From contig NW_026889803.1 of the NCBI RefSeq assembly GCF_033153115.1, forward strand, positions 2,108,001-2,172,000: a DNA stretch of 64,000 bases. Direction: 5' to 3'. Source of the stretch: Saccostrea echinata. Taxonomy: Eukaryota. Each line of letters opens with the position of its first letter. The stretch's first letter is position 1. Below the pieces are notes generated by a model. It searched no databases. It was given only the letters and a program-made list of their open reading frames with translations, and was not told where the DNA came from. Below, piece after piece: positions 24,795 to 38,249 of this stretch. The position numbers were made by a program, and so were the translations under genes.

Positions 24795-25596
24795 TGCGAC
24801 AGAGACGGTTATAAGGGTTTGTACGGTTAACGCATTAGCTCGATTAGTAGAGGCCTGGACAGACAAGACATCCCAGGTTCAATCCCAAGCACAAACGGAT
24901 TTCTGTTACATTTGATGTCCAATGTTGTGATTGGGTATTCTTTATCGGGTAAATGTGATTAACCCCCCACCCCACCCCACCCAACCCCCGGCTCCTGAAC
25001 TACCCTACATGTTTTAACACTCCTTAAGAAATGAGGTCACATCTATCTCTGGAGGGGTACAGTTTTATATTGTGTGATACACTGATTCCTTGGGTTAGTG
25101 GCTTAATTCCTTGGCTCGATTGATAGAGTATTGGACTGGCATGTTAGAGATTAATTCTGGGTCCAATCCCAAGTGGAGGCACAAATCGTTTTGTTACCAG
25201 GGGCGTAGCTTGACTTAAAATTCTAGTGAGGCAAAACTATTGTGGCTTGGGGTCTGGATGTTGCCTTAGGCTCCCAGCAAGTTCAGGGCGGAACCCTGGT
25301 GGGGTGGGGTGGGGTGGGGGTTCAGGGGGTGAAGCCCCCTGATGGAAAATGAATTTTGGGGTTTTAGAATGCAAAATTCATACCTGTCCTGGACAGAAAT
25401 TCAGTTCATATTAAATTTTATCGGTTTCGTTATTGAAGACTTCATCGTGCATATAATACTATAAATTCAAAAGGATTTAACAGAGGAGCCTAAAGAAAAA
25501 ACAAATCAAAATTAAATTATAGAAAGGGGGTGGTGCTGAAAAATCTAGTGAGGCAGTTGCCTCATTGCCACAATGGAAGCTACGCCCCTGGTTACA
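24795..25596 (+). mobile_element. Degenerate miniature LTR element with tRNA-like LTRs (copy 2), 3' LTR interrupted by a MITE
   Basis: Two repeats with TAGCTCGATT..AGAG / GGT(T/C)CAATCCCAAG ending TGTTACA. PBS-like TTTGATGTCCAATGTTG. Internal CACTCCTTAAGAAATGAGG..TCTCTGGAGGGG is shared with 54128-54535. Confidence 0.7.
25198..25590. mobile_element. hAT-like MITE with 5-bp TSD
   Basis: TIR CAGGGGCGTAGCTT / AAGCTACGCCCCTG. TSD GTTAC. Confidence 0.88.
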
Positions 25597-25937
25597 ACAT
25601 GTACAATATCTTCAATGAGCTCCATATTTCATCCCTGCAAACGTGCTTGGAATCTTCTATATTTCGGTGTTCAGTAAATTATAATACACGAGGAATCATC
25701 AGTATATGTCACTCTGGCAAGACTACAACAAGACTACCAATTAGATAGATTAAATAAGTCGATTAGATAAATTATTCACGGAAGTAAACATAGCTAGAGA
25801 GTAATGTTTATTGACTAGCATGTTATGACTTGTAAACAGGAGATTATTTCGTTTCAGTTTTCACCATTTTGCAAAACTACCTGAACATCTTTCTGGAGTA
25901 ATCATTCAAACTTCTTCAATCAGTTATTTATGTCTCC

Positions 25938-27123
25938 GGGGCCCGTTTCATCAAGGTCGACGCCAAGTCGTAGCGCCACGCCGGCGTAAAGTCGGGACTA
26001 GCACAAAGATTTGCATTTCATTAAACAGCGTATCCTAACACCGGACTAAAGTTAGGCCAAATTTTTACGTCTACTCATGGGTAGGTGGAAGTTCGGGCGT
26101 GTACATAAAATAAAGCGACTTTACTGATCTGAAAACAATTTAGCCATTCCTTAAGAAGAATTACAGTAAATTCTAAGAATTTAAGTCTTTTTAATACAAA
26201 CGATGCATTATTTAACTTCACAAACTATGAATATTTGGGGGAGCGGAAATTGGGGGGGGGGGGTTACACCCATTTAGGGAAGTAGTTGACATGCAGTATT
26301 TACATAACTTTAAAAAATTTCTTCATAAAAGATTGTCTTATTAGGGATTCATTTTTACACCATGTCTTAAGTTTTGATAATCCTGCATTTATACACATTT
26401 GATTGTTGTATTTTGAGTACGAGGTATTGTTTATACATTTTGTGTCATTCACTGAAAAGAAACCTATTAAAATGTTTATTTTGAAAAAAAACTATTTTCC
26501 CTAACATTTTTTTTAAAAAGGAAGCACAGTTATCTTCTTTAGGTTTGGTTAATATCTATATTCAAAAAAAAATATTTTTTTTAACTCATCGTAAAACCAA
26601 GTAGGCTTTTTAAAAACTTTATCGTGCTCGAAAACTCCATTTCTTATTTACTCCACGTCCACATGCGTGGATCTCGGGGGGGGGGGGGGGGGGGGGGGGT
26701 AATGGAGAGTGTCCAGTCCTCTTCGCCGCAATTTGCGGAGTTATTTATTGAGCTATACAAATCAAGAGTAAAGAAAGTAAAAAAAATGCAAATGACCTTG
26801 GACCCCTGTTAAAAAGTTAAGTTAGTAGGAAGAACCATATAATATTTATCAAGTTTAAGAATTGAAGGGAAGGACAAAGGGAACACCCTCCCCCCCCCCC
26901 CCCCCCCGAGATTTTCAGTTTTGGGAAAGAAAATTACGATGTTTAGCTTGTCAACAAGTTTCTCAGATGGAATTTTTGTTTACTGATGACCTACCCTCCC
27001 CACTCCCTTGAAAAAAAAATCGCGGAACCGCCTGCGCCCAGTAAAAAGTTGTTAACGTTCAAAAGACGAAAAAGATTCCGGTTGATTTCGTAAATATACT
27101 TGACTTTTGATGAAACGGGCCCC
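25938..27123. mobile_element. PIF/Harbinger-like non-autonomous element
   Basis: TIR GGGGCCCGTTTCATCAA / TTGATGAAACGGGCCCC. TSD not clean. Confidence 0.7.
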
Positions 27124-28354
27124 TAATCAGTAATGGTGTTTCCACTTTCAATTAAATATCATAATGATTGGTTTTTTTTAAATAAAAAACTTTTTAGAAA
27201 AACTTACATACGTAGTTTCAAGAGAAATGAGCATTATAAATTATAAGTAAAAGACCATATAGCAGTATTCTGTTTTCTGTAGAATGTTTTTGAAACTGGT
27301 TATAACCTAGAAGATTTAAAATGGGCCAAGAGAGACCTGTAGCGGCACATATTTTTGCCTTTGAATATATTGTCGCTGGCGACATTATATAAAGAATTGA
27401 GCTTTGGCACATATTGTCGCCCACCGGTACAAATTGTCGCCCAGGGATAAAATATACCTGCACACACTGTCGCCGGCGACAAAGTGTGCAGACCCTTGTG
27501 ACACATATTGCCGTCCTGAACATCAGAGTTTGCATGATGATAATCGCTGATTGCAATTAAAATTATTTTTACTACTTATCAATTAATTGAAAATTCATTG
27601 CACACAACGTAGCCTGCTGCGGCATTGTGCAAAATTGTAACTGCTCACGATGTCACTCGTTCAGTAGAAGAAAAATAAGGCATAACTATTATATCAGCAC
27701 ATTATGTCAACAACAATATGTGCCAATGAACGACACTATATGTCACTTTAAAGGATGAACCTTCATAACATTTCGATTTCGCCCGCTTACATTAGTTAAT
27801 AGCTCTAAGCATGGGCTTCTCCATTACGGCTTTGTAGGTCATTGTTTTATTTGAATAAGACGGGGCTTAAATTAGTGTGTGTTAGAGATGATCTAAGTTT
27901 TATTAACGAAATTCAGGTCATAACCTTAAATTCATTTGCAACTTATTGTGTCAAAACCCTCTATTGCAAATGTTGTTTTTTTTTCACATGCAACAGTATC
28001 TTGTTCGGTCCTAGTGAATCAGCAAAACATATGGTGGAACTCTTTATCAGACTCATTCAATGTTCACCTAGAAGCTGAACTACATGTATTCGGTCTACCA
28101 GAAGATGAACATACTTCTTGGACGACCAACACTTATCCTGTCTGAAGGGGAGGAGATTGAGTTTGAAAAATTCAGTGCTCAAATGTTGTCACATCCAGTG
28201 CACTCTACAACAAGCTGCAAGCAAGAATTTGTCAACGAAGAGTCCAACCCCCTTGTCTGGCTAACCTTTACTATAAAATCGTGTTCTATAATAAGTGTTA
28301 TTTTCTGCTTGTTGCATTTTTTGGTATTTTTTCTTTCGTATTTTAATTATTTAA

Positions 28355-28896
28355 GGGAGCCGACTGGGGTTTATTGTGTGAAAACTACTATAGAGAAACT
28401 CTTTAATTTTATTCCATATATACCTTACATTGACTTAAGTATATATGCCAAGTTTAGTGAAAATCTACTGTCTGGTAATTTTGTAGGGACCATCTCAAAA
28501 TACAGGTACATTTACTATAGGATTATACATGTATAGGGAAATACCATTTTTTCGCACTTCGGAGCAAATTATACAAATGCTACTATAGACTTTTTGCCAT
28601 ATTATATTATTTGATGGGTAATACTATATTGTACATTTTATGCAAGAAACACAAAATTCTACCTTCTGGTTTTCAGAGGGAACATCTCAAAATGCATGAT
28701 ATATTCCTGTTTTTCTGGAGTACAACAAAACATGACCTGTAGATACCACAGATTTACATAAAAAATGATAAAAATGATTGTGAAATTCTCAATTTACTAT
28801 GCTTAAAATTTCAAGAGCATCTATTTTATAAGTAAATATGCCTTATTTTACTATGCTGCGCGAAGTATTGCGCAATGAAAACCCCAGTCGGCCCCC
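28355..28896. mobile_element. TTAA-flanked MITE (Kolobok-like)
   Basis: TTAA|GGGAGCCGACTGGGGTTT ... AAACCCCAGTCGGCCCCC|TTAA. Confidence 0.85.
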
Positions 28897-29463
28897 TTAA
28901 AACGCAGAGGGGGGGGGGGTCTCTCTTTATAGCGTGATTAATTTATAATTTATTATGGTGCAATTGCCTTGCTAAAAAATCTCTGTTACAGAGAAAATCA
29001 AAGATGAATGAAACGAGTTATATTTGAAATGATAAATTTACTGGAAATTTTAAATTAAAATGTACACATTATGAATATAAAATGGAATCTGTAAAAAAAA
29101 TGTTCTTGGGGAACTGAAATCTTGCTGACTTCGCCTCGGGAAATAGGCTTGCTCTTAGGAGTACATGTATATCTTAATACTATTGTCGTCTTAAATGATT
29201 GATTAAAGGGAACATTAAGTATATTCGAATATGATAATGAAAATATCCGCAAATGCTTTTGTTCAACCTCCTCTTTTTCAAGAAGTGTGATTGCACTGGT
29301 CTGTAAAATTATTTCAAAGTCCTTGCAAGTAATCTATACTTCTATTTTAATGATGTGCACTGTTTACGCCTCAAAAACACGTGGAATTTATGGAAATGCT
29401 GTTTATAATCTTGTAAGTCGTACCTCAGCGTTGGACGCTACGTCCGTCCTGCAAAATGTAGGT

Positions 29464-29541
29464 TTTAGACTTGTAAGACAAACCTTACCGTGTGTACCGG
29501 CCTTTAGACTTGTAAGACAAACCTTACCGTGTGTACCGGCC
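29464..29541 (+). repeat. Perfect 39-bp tandem duplication
   Basis: TTTAGACTTGTAAGACAAACCTTACCGTGTGTACCGGCC x2. Confidence 0.9.
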
Positions 29542-32500
29542 CTAACATCGACTACTACCGACACACGTTCCTGGGATAATTTTTTTTTTAAAGAAGACAA
29601 ATTTGGAGTAATATTAAATTCAAATCCGTAAATAATAACTCCAATTTTTAATTAAAAAGTTTTAAAACTAAAGTTTTACAAATAAAAACATATCAAAGGG
29701 AGGTTGTATTGAAATAGGTCGGCCAAATGGCTGGGGGTGGAGTGGGGGGATGTATATCGAGTCATATGTTTTGGAGGGTGCGTATCATTACCGCTACATT
29801 TTCAAAATTTTCATCACTGCTGCATACTCATTACCACTACAAAAAAGATAACATAACCGCTACATTACCTCTACATTGCCTCGTTCATTAGCCAGCGGTT
29901 TTTTTATGTACATATTGATTAAAAGTACAACAAACACGTGTATAAGACCTTTTTTTCTGCTCACCACGAGGGAAGTGAATATTAGACTTTGAGCAGATTT
30001 TTTTTCACTTTTTTTATATAAAATCTATTTTATGTAATAAAACATTTTAGAAATATTAAAACAGAGAAATTGTTCACGGATAAAACACACAGTCTTCACA
30101 GAATTGATAGATCTTTGAAGGCCATTTGCTTGACGTAGGCCTACTGCTGTCTGGAAATCTCGTCATTTTCTTTGAATTTCGTTGATGAAAGGTATGAAAT
30201 ATACATGTATCGAAAATTATTAAAATTAAACAGCAATTCACATAACTTGTCGTGTTGACGTGCTACACGCACTTTTGAAGAACTTCTTGAGACTATTGTT
30301 ACAGATACAGTACACTCCGGATACAAAGTAAAACAGGTGCCAGGGACGAACAATTTTGATCCGTCATTATACCGCATAAACGAAAAAAGTGACTTCTTTG
30401 ATTTTAGTATCCATGGACATCATATTATATAAATACTGCATGTATATAGTTATATAAATGTTACCCTCTACTACATGAAGTATTTATTATATCATTCTAT
30501 ATTATATTATTCTGAATGTTTTATACAAATACAAATAAAGATGAAGCGCTCGCGCATAGATTGTGTGTGTGTGTGTGGGGGAGGGGGATATCATCCGTCC
30601 TCAAGCAATGTTGATTGTTGTTAAATTCTATCTGGAAGGCGCAGTTTCATCATTCAGAGGATAACGGTGTTTTTTAACAAATGTTTCTCGACGAATCAAA
30701 TTCCAGTAATTTACATGAAAGTATAATACACCAAAGTAACGATGTTGTATTTCAGGGCCCTCAGATACTCACTCTTGCTAAAAACTATAGTAATTATATA
30801 GGACAACGCTACTGGACTAACAAGCTCACTTCATAAGGCCACAGTAAATTAATGCTTTGTTTTACGTCTCCGGGCGAGCAGTTTTTTCCTGAATATTAAA
30901 ATCCAGTAAAACTGAAAACAGAACTTCCCAGAAATACAAATAAATTGAGAAGTAATACTTCCTTTAAAGAGAAGTGACTGATGCTATCAAAACAAAGGAT
31001 GCATTAATTAGTTTTAAGCTCTACTTTTCGATTTTATGTGATAGAAAGATCTTATGCAATGGTAGTGTCCGTCATTTGTAAGTCTGGACTTTCCACTGTC
31101 TGATCTACTTGTATTTTTTCAAATTGCTTCTCCTCTTACAGTTTTGCCCGATTTAAATAAAACTTGGAATACAAGTAGAGTACGCTAAGATACACTCAGT
31201 TCTTTGTTTCACTTTTTTATTTCAGTTAATGGTGTTGCCATGGTCACAAAAAAAAAGAATTCCTCTGAAGTTCAAAAATGCAATACGATTGTGATACATA
31301 TATTATAGGTATAACACCATGATTGCCTGACGTCACGTGCATCAGTCAGTATAAGGATTAATATTTCAAGGATCCGAAACTAAGCGATCATTCTTAATGA
31401 ACTAGATTTTGTGCAAGCTGATTTACATTGGAATTTGTTACCTGCATTTAAACAAATACAGTTTGCAGGAGAAAGAATCATATACCTGATGCAAAATAAT
31501 GATGTGTTTAAACCCTTCAGTTTTTTGCATGCACATGTTTATTCTTTGCGTTTCTTTGTACGGACATGTCCGTATAACATTTTTTCTGCGTTTCTAAACT
31601 ACTGGATCAGTCCGTTTGCCTTCTACGAAAGGGATGACACAATCATTTCGCGCCAAAAGTCACGTAAATTATCTTCGCACCTTTTTCTTGGGTTGTTCTA
31701 TTGAATGGGTGTGATAACTTCTATGGAAATAAGTAAATTATAAATGTTCATTCTTTTAACACGATTCTTAAGCTCCAGATTTTTTATTAACAGTAAATTT
31801 TATCTCATTTTTTAAGAGAACACATTGTACATGTATATGGACAGGCAACACTAAAGCAATGGATTTGCTGATTATTCTTACTATTTATCCTATATGTGGA
31901 CTAGTCTAATCATAAACAAACTCCCTCCACCTAGTAATGGGACATCCCTTCTTGATTCAGTCTGTTTTCCACCTAGCCTTTCTTTTCAGTATATCATTTA
32001 TTAATAATGTACGTTACAAGGTTAAGTTTTTAAGAAAGCTTAGAAAGTCAGCGAGTAGCATATTATTTCATGCTTTGTGATGAACAAGCATTTCCTTTTA
32101 ATACAGTGACAAGAGTGTAGGTCAGTGCCCTTAGAGGAATGGGCTTCACTCCACGACATCATGATCTGCACTGGTTTTCATTTCATAAAAAACAGGTTAT
32201 TATAATTATGAGAAAGCCTAGGTCCTGAAATCGGTTGAAAAGAAAAACTTAACAATTTCAAAACTGTATATAAAGATGTATTTTAAACTCAATTATAATA
32301 CATGTACACGTATATGGTAAGAACATCACCGCCTGAGTTTTGTCCGGGGGGGGGGGGGGGGGGGGGTGTTATTAGTATCTTGTTTTGTGCTAGCACCAAA
32401 GTGTACAGGTCATTTAGTTTGATTTCTAGAGCAGCATTGAAGCATTTTTGTCTCAAGCACTTCAAGACAACTTTCCCAGTTAAAACTGTTCATAATTTAC

Positions 32501-32592
32501 TTCATCGTCGAGTGTGCATGAGGCGCGCTCTCTAGTAAGAGAGTACATGTAATATGAATTTCTTAAGAATCATCTATTTTTCCCAGAATTAT

Positions 32593-32860
32593 CAGTGGGG
32601 GATCCAGGAATTTCATAACGAGAGGGCGCAGTAGAAGACAGGGGGTCTGGGGGCTGTATTGAAACCCCAGTGGGTCCAGGGCAAAGCTCTGATGGGGGTT
32701 CGGGGGCGAAGCTCCCGGAAGCTGACGAATTCTTACAAATAAGAGGTGTTTTTTCCTTGATTTTAGCCTAATGAACATATAAGTTCTACATACAAAAAAT
32801 TCAAACGAGGGGTGGGGTGGGGGGCGCACGCCAGGCGCGCCGGTGCTGGATCCGCCTTTG
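32593..32860. mobile_element. hAT-like MITE with 5-bp TSD
   Basis: CAGTGGGGGATCCAG ... CTGGATCCGCCTTTG. TSD ATTAT. Confidence 0.8.
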
Positions 32861-34429
32861 ATTATAATCTACGCTACGCTAATAAATGACCAAATAGTGG
32901 CATGTCTTAGATATTCGTTAATCTGTTGTATTTGGTTATGACATTTGAGAAAGTCAATTGTACATCTTGTGTAATGAAGTATCGCAACTATGTCACTCCT
33001 TGATGACGGAAAAATCTTGCATATACGTTCCATAGATATTGATTGATTAGTCAGGCAAGCTTTTTGAAAAGCTATTACTTGTACACATTAAAATTGCACT
33101 ACTCAACGTTGTAGTGGTTATCTACATCGATAAAATTTCTTAGATACCACTGGGTTATGATCTTGATGAATGCATTCTATAGAACACATTGTCAAAGAGG
33201 AAGGACAACAATTTAATACCCAGTCTTCAGATAATGCGTTCATTCGTTGAACTTTATGCTTTTTTTTTGAGGGGGCGGGGGGGGGGGGGGGCACTGAAAC
33301 TCGTGCTTAATTATCTTTTTTTTTTTCTTCAAATTTTCATTTTGAATAAATAATTAATGAATTATTAATAGGGAATAAAATCAAGACACTTCAACTCCTG
33401 TAGCATGAAAATTGAATTTAGTGAAAAGAGGTTTTGTGGATTTATGAACTCCGCAATGTGCTCTCCACAGAAGAAAGAAATAATCAAGATAAATTGGTTT
33501 CTTAAGTATTTCCAAAATTTCTTTAATGGGGTGTGCTCCAAAGCCCTGATTCAATCACACCTGTATCCAACCTTATTAATAATATATTATTTTTCTTAAC
33601 CCCTTCCATCAATATCATGCAAAGCGGGAATTATGAAAAAAGGGGAGGATTCTCATATAAGTACCCAAAACGTGGAGCGGGGGAGGGGGTGCATAACATT
33701 TTCACTGATTCTTTTGTTGAACGTAGGACGGTAGCAGGGAGAGTGTGGCTAATTTTGGTCAAAATTTGAGGCATGTTACCGGATATTGTTACCGGATATT
33801 GCATATGCAAACAAAGAATTTTTTAAGCTTGGTTACAAGTTCTAAAAAACTTTTGACCGACACAATCAAACATACATATATATTTGATAAAATGAATACG
33901 AATTTACTTAATTGATTCATTTATGTAATGAGAATATTTTAGCACATTAAAGAATACGGGCTAGGCTAGTGGATCAAATAATAAAATAATAAAATAGACT
34001 GAGATTTGAAATATAAATAGTGAATAAAGCCTATCTCTTTACATATTTTCAAATTTGATTTTAAAAAAAAGATGAAAAAGTGATTGCAAAATAAAAAACC
34101 ACCTGACCAGAAGGCCCACTTTAATCTTAACAAATAATTTCATTAATAAGGCAACTAATTCTGAACAATATTTGCATATATAATATACTGTTACATAGAT
34201 AGTGTGTCATGTACAACCAAGTACAAATTCAAATTACTTATTAAATAGGTAAAACCCTTTATAAAAACTTCAAAGGGAAAACTGGACCTTTATGACTATA
34301 GGCTTAATTCATCTTTTTCCATTAAAATCATTTATTATTTTAAAAAAATCAAACTCGCTGTGTTTCTTCAGAATAGGGTGTACTTTTATGTTCCTAAAAT
34401 TATAAGAATGAAATCTAATACACTGAAGA

Positions 34430-35708
34430 TGCCAAAGCCAAAATGCTTGCCTGAGTCATTTTGTGTCTATTGCTCTTAAAGAGATTATTTTTAAAGATTT
34501 TTCCCCTCCATATTCCCATGAAAAATGTTGACACCTATATACATGTAAAATTTAACCCCTAATTTTAGTCCTTTTCTAATCCAAATGTCCATAATTTAAA
34601 CAAAATTAAATACCGACACATAGATACATGCAAAATGAAAACCCTACTTTTAGCCCTTTCCTAACCCCAATGTTTATAATTTTAAGAAACTAAATCTATA
34701 TGATGTTGTAATGTTGGCATATGAATTTGCTTTATAAATGTCACCCTGCTAATTATCACTTATACATATTTTCAGGCAAAACTTTTTAAAACCCCACTGC
34801 AGCTCTATCCTCGCCTTATGGGCAATGAAAAAAACTTGAATCTATGCTCATTAAGAAAACTCTTGGATAACATTTGTCTTATATGATCAAGTTGTTCTTA
34901 ATTGTTCTTAAGGTATTCAATGTATAATGACCATATTCTGTACCTAATAAATGAATGGTCCAGTGTTTTTAATCAAATTAGCATTTTGAAGATGTTATCA
35001 AATAAAAGTACACCACCAAAGGAATTTACAAAATTTTGATTATTGTCCAATTAATTGCACCTTGAATATTATATTGAAGTCTATGGGCAGCGCATGTTTT
35101 GTTTAGATATTCAAAAAGGTAATTTGAACCTCATACAAATCCCTTGTGAAAATATGCATAAACTCTCTCTTTATTGAAATATGAAATAAAATAAGTCATC
35201 TACCACAGATATATTGACAAAATTTAAATTTTCTTCTTTGCATCAAGGGCAGATAACTCTTGAAAATGTTTACGGTGCAAAATGGTCATGCAGTTTCTAA
35301 TATGTTATCAGTCATGTGAATTTGGTCCATTTTACTTTCATCATTAATATCTAGCAATACATATTTAACTAGTTTAAAATAATTCAAAATTGCTCAATAT
35401 TCCTTCATTATACATTGAATACCTTAAAATAACAGATTTTTAATGACATTATCCCATTTTTCATATTTCTTCATTATCTCCCCTTGAAAAAAGATGCAGC
35501 ACCTTTATTTGAATAAGCTTTATTCCTTTTAAGCAGAGATACATTGTACCAAATGTGGTTTACATTGACCAAATGTTAGAAAAAAAAAAGAAAATGTTAA
35601 AAGTTAATGGAGGACAAACAGTCAAAACATAAATGTTGCATTGTTGGATACCAGAGACTTCTTTTTATCAGAGTTGTGCAATTGAGCCTTTGGATCAGGT
35701 GAGCTAAA
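34430..35708 (+). mobile_element. Decayed Helentron/HINE-type element
   Basis: Degenerate satellite-like core and terminal GAGCCTTTGGATCAGGTGAGCTAAA, matching the end of the 40911-42752 element. Left boundary uncertain. Confidence 0.55.
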
Positions 35709-36184
35709 TTCCATATCCATGTTTAGCTATGGACCTCACTGTTTAAACAGGTGTGCTATATCTTCTTGAAGTAATTTACACCATATACAAATGTTATTTT
35801 TAAGGCAACTCACTTCAATTTATTAATACTGGTACAATTTAGAAGATCTGAATTCCACTGGCAACTGTCAAAGGCAATCTAGTCTCACTTATAGATGAAT
35901 CAGAATGTTTTTAAATGTACTTTTAAAGCTTTAATTCAATTGTCACAGCAGAATTTGTTTAACTTCCAAGAAATATTTTTCGAACTGGCTGGCTCTCTCA
36001 GTTGGACATTCAAGCACTCAAAATGGCTGCATGATTATTTTTTCTGATGAACACTAGGAATTTTCTTTTGTCCTGGTTTTCTTCTTTAGCCCACCATCTT
36101 GCATGCATCTATATTGAAATTAAATTTAAATGATCATTTAATAATGCATGTTTAAAAAAACACTTCAAATCATCAAATCCTTCC

Positions 36185-36187
<3 letters not shown>

Positions 36188-36228
<41 letters not shown>
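36188..36228. repeat. (AT)n microsatellite
   Basis: Directly visible. Confidence 0.95.
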
Positions 36229-36233
<5 letters not shown>

Positions 36234-36434
36234 GTGTATTATTTGAATTTGGAATTATTCGCAAATGTACATGTAATCTGGTTCCCCTTAAAAATTAGAA
36301 AGGCTATAATTCTGTCATAAATCAACAAAGTGGAATGAAATGCAAACTTGATCTGTAACTTAATTATCAAGGTACACACACATGTACTAAAAATCAGCTA
36401 AATACACATGTACACTGTATCTGCGGGTGTTTAG

Positions 36435-37207
36435 TATGCTGGCATATTTCTGCCCTCTACAAGCAAGATAAATTATGTTAACATGAAACATAATTATGTA
36501 GACATGCGATTTATCTATGTCAACATGCAAAATAATTATTTTAACATGCGAGATAAATATGTAGACATGCGACTTATTTATGTCAACATTCAAGATGATT
36601 ATGTAGATATGCAACTTATTTATCTCAACATGCAAGATAATAATGTTAACATGCAGCTTATATTTTTCAACATGCGACTTATGTATGTCAACATGCGAGT
36701 TATATTTTACATGCAAGATGATTATGTTAACATGCAACTTATTTATGTCAACATGTGACTTATTCATGTCAACATGCAACTTATTTATGTCAACATGCGA
36801 GTTATATTTAAACATGCAAAATAATTATGTCAACATATGCATGCAAGATAATAAGTTGCATGTCAACAAACATATCTCACATATTGACATAATAAATTAA
36901 CTTGCATGTCAACATAATTATCTTGCATGTTGACATAAATAAGTTGCATGTTAACATTAATTATCTTGCATGTTGACATAAATAAGTCGCATGTCTACAT
37001 AATTATCTTGAATGTTAACATAAATTAGTCGCATGTCAACATAATTCTGTTACATCTTGCTTGTATGATGTCATATAATGGCGTGCATAAGTAAAGTTTA
37101 AAATTAGATTCTCTTGAGAAGTTGGAAACTTGCAGGTAACATAATTATTTTGCATGTTGGCATAAATAAGTTGCATATCTACATAATTATGTTGCATGTA
37201 AACATAA

Positions 37208-37243
<36 letters not shown>

Positions 37244-37252
37244 ATGCCCATA
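36435..37252. mobile_element. IS3EU-type non-autonomous foldback element made of 21-bp repeats
   Basis: 6-bp TSD GTTTAG (36429-36434, 37253-37258). Termini TATGCTGGCATATTTCTGCCC / GGGCAGAAATATGCCACC..CCATA. Inverted arrays of TATGTCAACATGCAA-type units meet near 36840. Confidence 0.85.
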
Positions 37253-38249
37253 GTTTAGAAAAAAAATCCAGAAAACCAAGTGATAAAGACTGACAGACAG
37301 ACTGAAAGACAGATAAAGGGGAAACCTGTAGTCCCCTTCGGTTTCACTGGTAGGGTACTAAAATAATTACATATGGTGTACATGTACAAATATTTTGGAG
37401 ACTCTCTGGAACAGTAGTATATTCATTAATTTTAAAATGAACATCATGAAAATATTGATCTTAGTACATGTACATGATGTGTCATAATAGAACATGCTAA
37501 CTAAATAAATTAAAAGGAAAATCCCACTTTTCAGAGCACGGTTTTAATAAAACAAAAAGTGTGGAAAACCAAATGGGACAGACTGACAGACAGTCAAGGA
37601 GAAAATCTATAGTTCTCTCCAGTTTAAATGACATGGGACTATTAAAATAAGAAGTTTACACCCCCTCAAATGTTAAACATATTAAAAGACCCTTCTTTTT
37701 TGGATTGAGATTTTTTTTTTTTTTTTTTTTGAAAAGTGATATTCTTACATTTGGTGATCCAAACAGAATTATAAAATTTAAAACTAGATTTACATAAAAT
37801 TTTAATGAATAATGAGTAGAGAAAACATTTTTTAAACATTAGAAATTTTAATCTATCCATTTTAGCAAATATTTTTCATCACTCGAATCATTCTTGCTAT
37901 GGCAGATTAAATTTGAAGAAAATAATTATTAGATGTGTAGGTTGCAGGGGCTTTTGAATTAAAAAAATATTGTGTATAGGAAGTCTTAACATACAAATAT
38001 TAGCTGTACATATATACATTAAATATTATACAATTATTGCTGGTTTTTGAGGTCAATACGATGATTTAGACACCTGAAGAGTACAGTATTCACATAGCCC
38101 GAATAATTGTTTTATTATATGATTAAATGACACATACTCATTAAGCAATCCATGCCATCTTACTTGTTCACATCTATTGAAGTACTACCTGAACATAATG
38201 AGAGAAACAGGGTTAAAAAACAACCAGTTTTATCACATGTATTTTGGAA

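Noticed and set aside
28084-28536. 150-aa ORF
   Set aside because: No motif is recognised, and its 3' part runs into a TTAA MITE.
36387-36900. Periodic His/Met-rich ORFs
   Set aside because: They are translations of the 21-bp repeat array, open on both strands because the period is a multiple of 3.
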